From a virus (lineage: Duplodnaviria > Heunggongvirae > Uroviricota > Caudoviricetes), in the IMG/VR virus record IMGVR_UViG_3300045988_125232, positions 1-28,227 of that record: a DNA stretch of 28,227 nucleotides. The stretch is one strand, 5' to 3'. Shown in pieces: positions 7,405 to 14,855 of the stretch. Each line of letters begins with the position of its first letter. Position 1 is the first letter of the stretch. The notes under the pieces were generated by a model. That model saw only the letters and a list, made by a program, of their open reading frames with translations, ran no database searches and was not told the DNA's origin. The translations under genes were made by a program, and so were the position numbers.

Positions 7405-7893
7405 ATGAGTCTTTTGAATGAAGTTCAGAAATACATTGAAGCCCATCCGGGGTGTACTTCCGGAGACATTGCGGATGCTTTTGCAGGTTACTCACGGCAG
7501 CGCGTTCTGCAGTCAGCAAGCAAGTTACGTCAGAGTGGTCGTGTGGCTCACCGTTGTGAAGGGGATACACGCAGACATTTCCCGCGCCTGACTGAGAGAG
7601 CGCAGGAGGCGGAACCGCAACCAGTTCGTGAAACCAGACCTGTGCGCAATTTCTATGTCGGCACTAACGACCCGCGGGAGATTTTGTGCCTGACCCGCCA
7701 GGCGGAAGAACTGGAGTCCAGGGGCTTATACCGTCGTGCTGCAACGGTGTGGATGGCGGCATTCCGTGAAAGCCACTCCCAGCCAGAACGAAACAATTTT
7801 CTGGCGCGTCGTGAGCGGTGCTTACGGAAAAGCAGCAAGCGCGCTGCATCGGGTGAAGAGTGGTATCTGTCAGGGAATTACGTGGGGGCTTAA
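7405..7893 (+). CDS. Regulatory protein with a PerC-like C-terminal domain
   Basis: The C-terminal segment AEELESRGLYRRAATVWMAAF matches the conserved PerC/Pch core as I recall it; the N-terminal 60 aa look like a small HTH. AGGGGG ribosome-binding site 5 nt before the ATG (an alternative GTG start lies at 7399). Confidence 0.6.
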   Translation: MSLLNEVQKYIEAHPGCTSGDIADAFAGYSRQRVLQSASKLRQSGRVAHRCEGDTRRHFPRLTERAQEAEPQPVRETRPVRNFYVGTNDPREILCLTRQAEELESRGLYRRAATVWMAAFRESHSQPERNNFLARRERCLRKSSKRAASGEEWYLSGNYVGA

Positions 7894-8546
7894 TGAGTAA
7901 TAAATATTGCCAGGCGCTGGTGGAACTGCGGAACAAACCAGCCCATGAACTGAAGGAAGTGGGCGATCAGTGGCGCACGCCGGACAACATTTTCTGGGGA
8001 ATTAACACCCTGTTTGGCCCGTTTGTTCTGGATCTGTTCACTGACGGTGATAACGCCAAATGTGCCGCGTATTACACGGCGGAAGACAACGCGCTGGCGC
8101 ATGACTGGTCAGAACGTCTTGCGGAGCTTAAAGGTGCTGCCTTTGGTAATCCCCCATACAGCCGCGCCAGTCAGCATGAGGGGCAATACATCACCGGCAT
8201 GCGTTACATCATGAAGCATGCCAGTGCCATGCGTGATAAAGGCGGGCGCTATGTTTTCCTGATCAAAGCTGCCACCAGCGAAGTGTGGTGGCCGGAAAAT
8301 GCAGATCATATTGCTTTTATTCGCGGGCGTATTGGTTTTGAACTGCCTGTCTGGTTTATCCCGAAAGACGAGAAGCAGGTACCGACAGGCGCTTTCTTCG
8401 CTGGTGCTATTGCTGTTTTCGACAAGACCTGGAAGGGACCGGCAATCAGCTACATCGGGCGCGATGAACTTGAGGCATGTGGTGAGGCCTTTCTGGCGCA
8501 GGTTCGCCAGCAGGCGGAAAAACTGGTCAGGGAGATGGCGGCATGA
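7893..8546 (+). CDS. Phage DNA N6-adenine methyltransferase (Dam-type)
   Basis: Catalytic NPPY motif (FGNPPYS) with size and context typical of lambdoid orphan methyltransferases. ATG overlaps the upstream stop (TAATG); an alternative GTG start lies at 7860. Confidence 0.85.
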   Translation: MSNKYCQALVELRNKPAHELKEVGDQWRTPDNIFWGINTLFGPFVLDLFTDGDNAKCAAYYTAEDNALAHDWSERLAELKGAAFGNPPYSRASQHEGQYITGMRYIMKHASAMRDKGGRYVFLIKAATSEVWWPENADHIAFIRGRIGFELPVWFIPKDEKQVPTGAFFAGAIAVFDKTWKGPAISYIGRDELEACGEAFLAQVRQQAEKLVREMAA

Positions 8547-8869
8547 CGACGTTAACTCAATGCCAGCAGCAGGTGCTGGATATGCTGATTTCTTACCAGA
8601 AAGAGCGTGGCTTTCCGCCAACCAATCAGGAGGTGGCAACCATGCTGGGATATCGTTCAGTGAATGCAGCGGTGGAGCATCTTCGCGCACTGGAGAAAAA
8701 AGGCGTCATCACGATAAAGCGTGGTGTGGCCCGGGGGATAACGCTTCATACCGCGGTGAAGGACGACGACAGCGAGGCGGTCGGGATTATCCGCTCACTG
8801 CTTGCCGGTGAGGAAAACGCCAGGCTGCGTGCAGCCCACTGGTTACATGAGAGGGGTCTGAAAGTATGA
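8543..8869 (+). CDS. LexA-like DNA-binding-domain protein lacking the autopeptidase domain
   Basis: Residues 1-70 align well with the LexA N-terminal winged helix (QQQVLDMLISYQKERGFPPTNQEVATMLGYRSVNAAVEHLRALEKKGVI...RGI-L). There is no S24 domain; a short helical tail follows. Confidence 0.75.
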   Translation: MTTLTQCQQQVLDMLISYQKERGFPPTNQEVATMLGYRSVNAAVEHLRALEKKGVITIKRGVARGITLHTAVKDDDSEAVGIIRSLLAGEENARLRAAHWLHERGLKV

Positions 8870-9255
8870 AGCTGATTCTGCCTTTCCCGCCCAGCGTGAA
8901 CACGTACTGGCGACACCCCAACAAAGGGGCGTTTGCAGGTAAGAGCCTGATAAGCGCGGCGGGGCGCAAATTCCAGAGCGCGGCGTGTGCAGCAATAGTT
9001 GAGCAGTTACGTCGTCTGCCAAAACCAACGTCGGCACCTGCTTCAGTGGAGATCGTGTTGTTTCCTCCGGATAACCGGATCCGCGATCTGGACAACTATA
9101 ACAAGGCGCTGTTTGACGCCCTGACCCACGCGGGTGTGTGGGAAGACGACAGTCAGGTGAAAAGAATGCTGGTGGAGTGGGGACCGGTTATCCCGGAAGG
9201 GAAGGTCGAGATCACTATCAGTAAGTACGAGAAAACGGCGGGTGCAGCCGCCTGA
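8866..9255 (+). CDS. rusA: Holliday-junction resolvase RusA
   Basis: 129-aa ORF with RusA signatures (LPFPPSVNTYWRH ... RDLDNYNKALFDALT...W.DD), at the usual nin-region position. Confidence 0.9.
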   Translation: MKLILPFPPSVNTYWRHPNKGAFAGKSLISAAGRKFQSAACAAIVEQLRRLPKPTSAPASVEIVLFPPDNRIRDLDNYNKALFDALTHAGVWEDDSQVKRMLVEWGPVIPEGKVEITISKYEKTAGAAA

Positions 9256-9274
9256 TTAAGAGGAGAAACGAAGT

Positions 9275-10072
9275 ATGAATAATCTGATGGTCATTGATGG
9301 TATTGAAGTTCGTCGTGATGCTTATGGGCGTTACAGCCTGAACGATCTGCACAGGGCTGCCGGTTCTCTGGATAAGCATAAGCCTGCATTCTGGCTCCGC
9401 AATGAGCAAACTGAGCGTTTAATAAGCGAGTTGCAGATTTGCAACTCGGTCAATATAGAGCCAGTTAACGTTATTCGTGGCGGAAATAACCAGGGGACGT
9501 ATGTCTGCAAAGAACTGGTGTATGCCTATGCAATGTGGATCAGCCCGTCATTCCATCTGAAGGTGATCCGTACTTTCGACATGGTAACCAGCGCACCGGA
9601 AAAATTATCCGGACAGGCTGCTGACAAGATGCAGGCTGGTGTGATTCTGCTGGACTTTATGCGCCGGGAGTTAAATCTGTCTAACTCTTCAGTGCTTGGA
9701 GCCTGTCAGAAACTTCAGGAGGCTGTTGGCTTACCGAATCTGGCACCGCGCTATGCCATTGATGCTCCTGCTGACGCGCCTGATGGCTCAAGCCGCCCCA
9801 CGCTGTCACTGAGTGCACTGCTGAAGCAGTATGGTATCCGCCTTACGGCTAATCAGGCATATCACCAGATGGCGAAGCTGGGGATCGTCGAACAGCGCGA
9901 ACGATACAGCCGTACAGCGATTAACAACATCAAAAAATTCTGGTCGCTGACAGCGAAAGGCTGCATGTTCGGCAAGAATATCACCAGTCCCGCAAATCCG
10001 CGTGAGACGCAGCCGCATTTCTTCGAATCCCGATTCCCTGAGCTGTTAAAGCTGCTCGATACCGTTCATTGA
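9275..10072 (+). CDS. KilA-N domain protein (antirepressor-like, probable KilAC-type C-terminus)
   Basis: N-terminal KilA-N signature (GRYSLNDLHRAAG...KHKP..WLR...GGNNQGTYVCKELVYAYAMWISP.F); strong ribosome-binding site AGAGGAGA. Confidence 0.8.
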   Translation: MNNLMVIDGIEVRRDAYGRYSLNDLHRAAGSLDKHKPAFWLRNEQTERLISELQICNSVNIEPVNVIRGGNNQGTYVCKELVYAYAMWISPSFHLKVIRTFDMVTSAPEKLSGQAADKMQAGVILLDFMRRELNLSNSSVLGACQKLQEAVGLPNLAPRYAIDAPADAPDGSSRPTLSLSALLKQYGIRLTANQAYHQMAKLGIVEQRERYSRTAINNIKKFWSLTAKGCMFGKNITSPANPRETQPHFFESRFPELLKLLDTVH

Positions 10073-10073
10073 G

Positions 10074-11069
10074 GTGACCGTGAGAGCACTACTGACCCCT
10101 GAAATTGCCCCGCGTATGGGGATCGTATTGTTCAGACCAGGTTCAGAGCTGATGCCCCTGTTTATGCAGGGGCGTGTCCTGCTGGAGCCTGAGCCGGAAC
10201 GTTATTCATCTTTCGCCAGTGGTGCTGTTCCGGCGGCATCACAACCGCTGGCGGATGATCCTGACGTTCGGGCCGTGTTCCGCAATGAGGCAGTGATCCG
10301 TCGTGCTGGTGGCGTGGAATGTCTTGAAAGCTGGTTACTTCGTGAAAAAGGCTGCCAGTGGCCTCATTCCGACTGGCACAGCGAGAACATGACAACAATG
10401 CGACACGCGCCGGGCGCAATCCGTCTGTGCTGGCACTGCGATAAACAGCTGCGCGATCAGTTCACGGAACGGCTGGAATCAATGGCAACGGATAACTGTG
10501 CCCGCTGGGTGTTGTCTGTTGTGCGTCGGGATCTCGGTTTTGATGATAGTCACGTTGTGACAATGCCGGAACTGTGCTGGTGGCTGATTCGTAATGACCT
10601 GGCGGATGCCTTACCGGAAAGTGCAGCCCGTAAGGCACTGAGATTACCGAAGCCTGTTGTGCCGTCTGTCACCCGGGAAAGTGACCTTGTGCCTTCGGTT
10701 CCTGCCACCAGCATCATCCAGGATAAGGTGAAAAAGGTGCTGGCGCTGAAAGTGGATCCGGAGTCGCCGGAGTCTTTTATGTTACGCCCAAAACGTCGCC
10801 GCTGGGTTAATGAAAAGTACACACGCTGGGTTAAGACACAGCCGTGTGCATGTTGTGGAAAGCCTGCTGATGATCCCCACCACCTGATAGGCCACGGTCA
10901 GGGGGGAATGGGTACAAAAGCGCATGACCTCTTTGTGTTGCCTTTGTGCAGAAAGCATCACGACGAGCTGCATGCGGATACCGTGGCATTTGAAGAGAAG
11001 TATGGTTCCCAGCTGGAGCTGATATTTCGTTTTATCGATCGTGCGCTGGCAATAGGCGTACTGGCGTAA
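10074..11069 (+). CDS. DUF968-family prophage protein with C-terminal HNH/zinc-finger-like motif (YdfU-like)
   Basis: 331-aa ORF (GTG start) with C-terminal CACCGKP...HHLIGHG...LCRKHHDELH, located immediately upstream of Q as ydfU is in Qin-type prophages. Confidence 0.75.
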   Translation: MTVRALLTPEIAPRMGIVLFRPGSELMPLFMQGRVLLEPEPERYSSFASGAVPAASQPLADDPDVRAVFRNEAVIRRAGGVECLESWLLREKGCQWPHSDWHSENMTTMRHAPGAIRLCWHCDKQLRDQFTERLESMATDNCARWVLSVVRRDLGFDDSHVVTMPELCWWLIRNDLADALPESAARKALRLPKPVVPSVTRESDLVPSVPATSIIQDKVKKVLALKVDPESPESFMLRPKRRRWVNEKYTRWVKTQPCACCGKPADDPHHLIGHGQGGMGTKAHDLFVLPLCRKHHDELHADTVAFEEKYGSQLELIFRFIDRALAIGVLA

Positions 11070-11082
11070 GTGGAGAACGAGC

Positions 11083-11835
11083 ATGAACCTTGAAGCCTTA
11101 CCGAAATATTACTCCCCGAAATCTCCAAAACTGAGCGATGACGCACCGGCGACAGGCTCTGGTGGTTTAACGATTACGGATGTGATGGCTGCGCAGGGGA
11201 TGGTGCAGTCGAAAGCACCGCTTGGGTTTGCCTTATTCCTGGCAAAAGTTGGTGTTCAGGATCCTCAGTTTGCGATTGAAGGTCTGCTCAATTACGCGAT
11301 GGCACTGGATAACCCGACATTGAATAAATTGAGTGAAGAAACCCGGCTACAGATCATTCCTTACCTTGTGAATTTTGCCTTTGCTGATTATTCCAGGTCT
11401 GCGGCAAGTAAGGCTCGCTGTGAGCATTGTGCTGGTACTGGATTTCATAATGTATTGCGCGAGGTGGTGAAACACTCCAGAAGCGGGGAATCTGTTATCA
11501 AGGAAGAGTGGGTGAAGGAACTATGTCAGCATTGTCATGGTAAGGGAGAAGTCAGCACAGCGTGCAGAGGGTGTAAGGGTAAAGGTATTGTCCTGGATGA
11601 AAAAAGGACCCGGCTTCATGGCACGCCTGTTTATAAGATTTGTGGGCGTTGCAATGGAAACCGGTTTAGCCGTTTACCAACTACACTGGCACGACGTCAT
11701 GTCCAGAAGCTGGTTCCAGACCTGACTGATTATCAGTGGTACAAAGGATATGCAGACGTAATTGATAAACTAGTAACAAAGTGCTGGCAGGAAGAAGCAT
11801 ATGCTGAAACGCAATTGAGAAAGGTGACGAGATAA
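11083..11835 (+). CDS. Q: Late-gene antitermination protein Q
   Basis: 250-aa ORF with cysteine clusters (CEHCAGTG, CQHCHGKG, CRGCKGKG, CGRCNG) typical of Q-family zinc-binding antiterminators; followed by a promoter and terminator, then the lysis genes. Confidence 0.8.
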   Translation: MNLEALPKYYSPKSPKLSDDAPATGSGGLTITDVMAAQGMVQSKAPLGFALFLAKVGVQDPQFAIEGLLNYAMALDNPTLNKLSEETRLQIIPYLVNFAFADYSRSAASKARCEHCAGTGFHNVLREVVKHSRSGESVIKEEWVKELCQHCHGKGEVSTACRGCKGKGIVLDEKRTRLHGTPVYKICGRCNGNRFSRLPTTLARRHVQKLVPDLTDYQWYKGYADVIDKLVTKCWQEEAYAETQLRKVTR

Positions 11836-11866
11836 GTGATTTTCGCCGAAGATGGCGACATGAAGC

Positions 11867-11895
11867 TTGCATTTTTCAAAAAATATGGATAAGAT
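11867..11895 (+). promoter_or_regulatory. Candidate late promoter (pR'-like)
   Basis: TTGCAT, 17-bp spacer, TAAGAT, located between Q and the downstream terminator. Confidence 0.3.
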
Positions 11896-11941
11896 TTTCT
11901 CAACGATGGGCTTTGTATGTCTGCCGTTGATAATTTTCACG

Positions 11942-11968
11942 AACCCGCTGTTGAGCGGGTTTTTATTT
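11942..11968 (+). terminator. Rho-independent terminator (tR'-like)
   Basis: Hairpin ACCCGC-TGTTGA-GCGGGT followed by TTTTTATTT, downstream of the candidate late promoter. Confidence 0.6.
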
Positions 11969-12020
11969 ACTTGTACTGAAACACATTATATAACCTCATA
12001 TCAGTTAAAAAGGAGGTTGT

Positions 12021-12356
12021 ATGATTAATGCCGTTGAGTACAGATTACCGTTAGGAAATATCTCTCCAGAGAATCTTGACGCGTTGTCAGAGCTTATCGT
12101 TAAGCATTCCGATAAATTTAATAACTATGTACTTAGTTCTATTTCTGATGATGATATTCGATATTCTTACGATTACTACAATTTTGAAATCACAGAGATA
12201 GATGAATATGGGTTTCACTTTATAGCACCATATAGCTATTATGAAGGATGCGTTGACAATAACTTCTCAGGAGAGGTTGAAGGTTATGCAGAATACGAAA
12301 TCATTGATAATGAATTAGTCTTCTCTCTTGAGGAACTACCTTGGGATGTAAAATAA
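12021..12356 (+). CDS. Highly acidic small protein of unknown function (moron downstream of Q)
   Basis: 111-aa ORF with a strong AAGGAGG ribosome-binding site. AT-rich, bracketed by the upstream terminator and its own downstream terminator; Asp/Glu residues far outnumber basic ones. Confidence 0.7.
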   Translation: MINAVEYRLPLGNISPENLDALSELIVKHSDKFNNYVLSSISDDDIRYSYDYYNFEITEIDEYGFHFIAPYSYYEGCVDNNFSGEVEGYAEYEIIDNELVFSLEELPWDVK

Positions 12357-12367
12357 ATATCAATAAT

Positions 12368-12398
12368 AAAGGCCGTAACGAACGGCCTTTATTATTAT
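12368..12398. terminator. Bidirectional-looking rho-independent terminator
   Basis: Hairpin AAAGGCCGT-AACGA-ACGGCCTTT flanked by A-run and T-run. Confidence 0.6.
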
Positions 12399-12507
12399 AA
12401 AATCATCAATGCCTGATGAATTAGAATGTAATTTTCGAATTAATAATAAATCAACATATCATTTCACGCTCCGATTTTCTGTCGGAGGCGAAACTGCGGC
12501 TATTCAT

Positions 12508-12813
12508 ATGCACGAAAAAGAGAATCTTGCTGGAGCGTTCTGGCTCGTTTTGCTGATCATCGCAGGTTGGGGCGGTCTGGTCCGCTACCTGATAGATGTG
12601 AAGCAGAGTAAAGCAACGTGGAGTTGGATAAATGCTCTGGCTCAGATAGTGGTATCAGGATTCACCGGTGTTATTGGTGGCCTGATCAGCATCGAAAGTG
12701 GATTCAGTATTTACATGATTCTCGCGACAGCGGGGATTAGTGGTGCGATGGGTTCGGTTGCACTGACGTACTTCTGGGAACGACTGACAGGGGTGAAAAA
12801 TGCAAAATCTTAA
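12508..12813 (+). CDS. Holin (three predicted transmembrane segments)
   Basis: Hydrophobic about 100-aa product immediately upstream of, and overlapping, the endolysin. The start is uncertain: the ORF extends up to an ATG at 12409, and a GGAGG lies 19 nt before the 12508 ATG. Confidence 0.6.
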   Translation: MHEKENLAGAFWLVLLIIAGWGGLVRYLIDVKQSKATWSWINALAQIVVSGFTGVIGGLISIESGFSIYMILATAGISGAMGSVALTYFWERLTGVKNAKS

Positions 12814-13276
12814 TCCTCAGCGTAAAGCTTTCCTCGATATGGTGGCATGGTCAGAAGGAACGGATAACGGGCGACAACCGACACGTAACCACGGTTATGA
12901 TATTATTGTCGGTGGTGAACTCTTCACTGATTACTCCGATCACCCTCGCAAACTTGTCACGCTAAACCCCAAACTCAAATCAACAGCTGCAGGCCGTTAT
13001 CAACTTCTTTCACGCTGGTGGGATGCTTACCGCAAGCAGCTTGGGCTGAAAGACTTCTCTCCAAAAAGCCAGGATGCTGTGGCATTGCAGCAGATTAAAG
13101 AGCGTGGCGCTTTACCGATGATTGATCGCGGCGATATTCGTCAGGCTATCGATCGTTGCAGCAATATCTGGGCTTCACTGCCGGGCGCTGGTTACGGTCA
13201 GTATGAACATAAAATCGGTGACCTGATTGCCCGATTCAAAGAGGCTGGCGGGGTGGTAAATGAAGTTGAGCTATAA
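12800..13276 (+). CDS. R: Endolysin, lambda R-type lytic transglycosylase
   Basis: 158 aa, near-collinear with lambda R as I recall it (...QRKAFLDMVAWSEGTDNGRQ...GYDIIVGGELFTDYSDHPRKLVTLNPKLKSTAAGRYQLLSRWWDAYRKQLGLKDFSPKSQDAVALQQIKERGALPMIDRGDIRQAIDRCSNIWASLPGAGYGQ...). Confidence 0.95.
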   Translation: MQNLNPQRKAFLDMVAWSEGTDNGRQPTRNHGYDIIVGGELFTDYSDHPRKLVTLNPKLKSTAAGRYQLLSRWWDAYRKQLGLKDFSPKSQDAVALQQIKERGALPMIDRGDIRQAIDRCSNIWASLPGAGYGQYEHKIGDLIARFKEAGGVVNEVEL

Positions 13277-13721
13277 GCTGGTTATCGCTGCATTCTTCGT
13301 TACTGTCATTGGTTCTTTTATCTGTTCAGCAAATTATTACCACAGCAAAGCCATCGAATACAAAAAGCAGCGTGATGAGAATGCTATGGCATTAGATTCG
13401 GCTATGGCGACTATCTCTGATATGCAGAAGCGTCAACGTGACGTAGCAGAACTTGACGCCAGATACACAAAGGAGCTTGCTGATGCTAACGCGACTATCG
13501 AAAGTCTCCGTGCTGATGTTTCTTCTGGGCGTAAGCGCCTGCAAGTCGCCGCCACCTGTGCAAAATCAACGACCAGAGCCAGCGGCATGGGCGATGGAGA
13601 AAGCCCAGGACTTACAGCAGATGCTGAACTCAATTATTACCGTCTCCGAAGTGGAATCGACAGGATAACCGCACAGGTTAACTACCTGCAGGAGTACATC
13701 AGGACGCAATGCCTTCGATGA
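13260..13721 (+). CDS. Rz: Spanin inner-membrane subunit Rz
   Basis: 153 aa with an N-terminal TM helix and coiled-coil body, similar to lambda Rz (…YKKQRDENA…DMQKRQRDVAELDARYTKELADA…); overlaps the endolysin stop. Confidence 0.9.
   Translation: MKLSYKLVIAAFFVTVIGSFICSANYYHSKAIEYKKQRDENAMALDSAMATISDMQKRQRDVAELDARYTKELADANATIESLRADVSSGRKRLQVAATCAKSTTRASGMGDGESPGLTADAELNYYRLRSGIDRITAQVNYLQEYIRTQCLR
13483..13668 (+). CDS. Rz1: Spanin outer-membrane lipoprotein Rz1 (embedded in Rz, +1 frame)
   Basis: ORF nested within Rz with a lipobox (LLGVSAC) and a proline-rich mature part (KSPPPVQNQRPEPAAW), as in lambda Rz1; the start Met is uncertain. Confidence 0.7.
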   Translation: MLTRLSKVSVLMFLLGVSACKSPPPVQNQRPEPAAWAMEKAQDLQQMLNSIITVSEVESTG

Positions 13722-13988
13722 TAGCGATAATTTTACTCATCATCCTTCACATCAGGCCCTGTAGACAGAGTGGTGATTACTTCTGGAGTGGATTCAGATT
13801 AAACATCTCATTGCTAATGTTTGAGGTTAAGCATCTGGCGCGCGGTAAGTGGTTGCGTTGAAATAAGAGCCAGTCCATTACAAATTTCATCAAGCGTTAT
13901 TGGTAAGGGTGATAATTATGAGATACCTCTTCACTAAGAGTAATCTTAAGGGTAATGTGTAACCTCACTTTTTAATACGGAGGTTGTA

Positions 13989-14213
13989 ATGTTAGAGAAT
14001 TATTTCCCTTCAGGAATAGGTGCTCAGCCTGTAACTCAAGCTCAAAAACAGAGGGTTATAGCTGTTCAAGCTGCCCTTGAATTAGTTAAGGCCTCACTTT
14101 CTTCTGCAGGTGGTCAGGCTACAAGTGCAAAATTTGAACAGGAATTAAAAGCAGCTATTGGCTTAATTGAACCATTAGCCGATGCCATTCAGAAAGCAAT
14201 CAGCAAAGAATAA
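13989..14213 (+). CDS. Small helical protein of unknown function (74 aa)
   Basis: Strong ribosome-binding site (ACGGAGGTTGTAATG) and AT-rich flanks, between the lysis cassette and the HNH/terminase genes. Confidence 0.6.
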   Translation: MLENYFPSGIGAQPVTQAQKQRVIAVQAALELVKASLSSAGGQATSAKFEQELKAAIGLIEPLADAIQKAISKE

Positions 14214-14318
14214 ATAAACCACCTGCATTTTGTTTTATTTCCCAACTAACGGGTGTAATAATCTTAATGTTTCCCGTGGATAGATAAGACAATAAGTATT
14301 CACCTTCAAGATATAAAC

Positions 14319-14345
14319 GAGCCTCGCTAATGCGAGGCTTTTTTA
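14319..14345 (+). terminator. Rho-independent terminator
   Basis: Hairpin GCCTCGC-TAAT-GCGAGGC followed by TTTTTTACG. Confidence 0.55.
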
Positions 14346-14379
14346 CGCATTGTAAGCGTGCACCAAAGAGGGGATATAA

Positions 14380-14730
14380 ATGCCACCACGAACCCCAAAA
14401 GCCTGCCGTTTTCGCGGTTGCCGCAATACCACGACTGATCCGTCAGGCTATTGCGAAAGCCACAAAAGCGAGGGCTGGAAGCAATACAAGCCAGGACAAT
14501 CCCGTCATCAGCGCGGTTATGGTTCGAAGTGGGACAGTATCCGCGCGGGTGTCCTGAAGCGTGACAAAGGCCTGTGTCAGTTATGTCTGCGTGCTGGTGT
14601 GGTGCGTGAGGCGAAAACCGTTGACCACATCATCCCTAAAGCGCATGGCGGCACTGATGCCGACTGTAATCTGCAGAGTCTGTGCTGGCCGTGTCATAAG
14701 GCGAAGACGGCCCGTGAACGACTTAAGTGA
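14380..14730 (+). CDS. HNH endonuclease (terminase-associated)
   Basis: 116 aa with an N-terminal Cys cluster and HNH core (DHIIPKAHGGTDADCNLQSLCWPCHKAK); located directly upstream of the terminase genes as in HK97-like cos phages. Confidence 0.9.
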   Translation: MPPRTPKACRFRGCRNTTTDPSGYCESHKSEGWKQYKPGQSRHQRGYGSKWDSIRAGVLKRDKGLCQLCLRAGVVREAKTVDHIIPKAHGGTDADCNLQSLCWPCHKAKTARERLK

Positions 14731-14750
14731 TAATAATTCTCAACTGTCTG

Positions 14751-14810
14751 AGGGGAGGGGCGGGTCAAATCTCTGTGACCTGACGTCTTCCGGACTGCCC
14801 GCCCCATCGT
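14751..14810. other. G-rich dyad element between HNH and terminase genes (candidate cos/packaging region)
   Basis: GAGGGGAGGGGCGGG ... CCCGCCCC inverted repeat followed by a T-run; the position matches where cos sits in HK97-like phages. The function is inferred from position only. Confidence 0.3.
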
Positions 14811-14855
14811 TTTTTTATACCCGCGAAAAATGAAATTTAACCAGGAGTGCCGCAT

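Noticed and set aside
12409-12507. Upstream 33-codon extension of the holin ORF
   Set aside because: No ribosome-binding site before the 12409 ATG and the extension is hydrophilic; the 12508 start gives a typical three-TM holin. A dual-start holin/antiholin is still possible, so this is low confidence.
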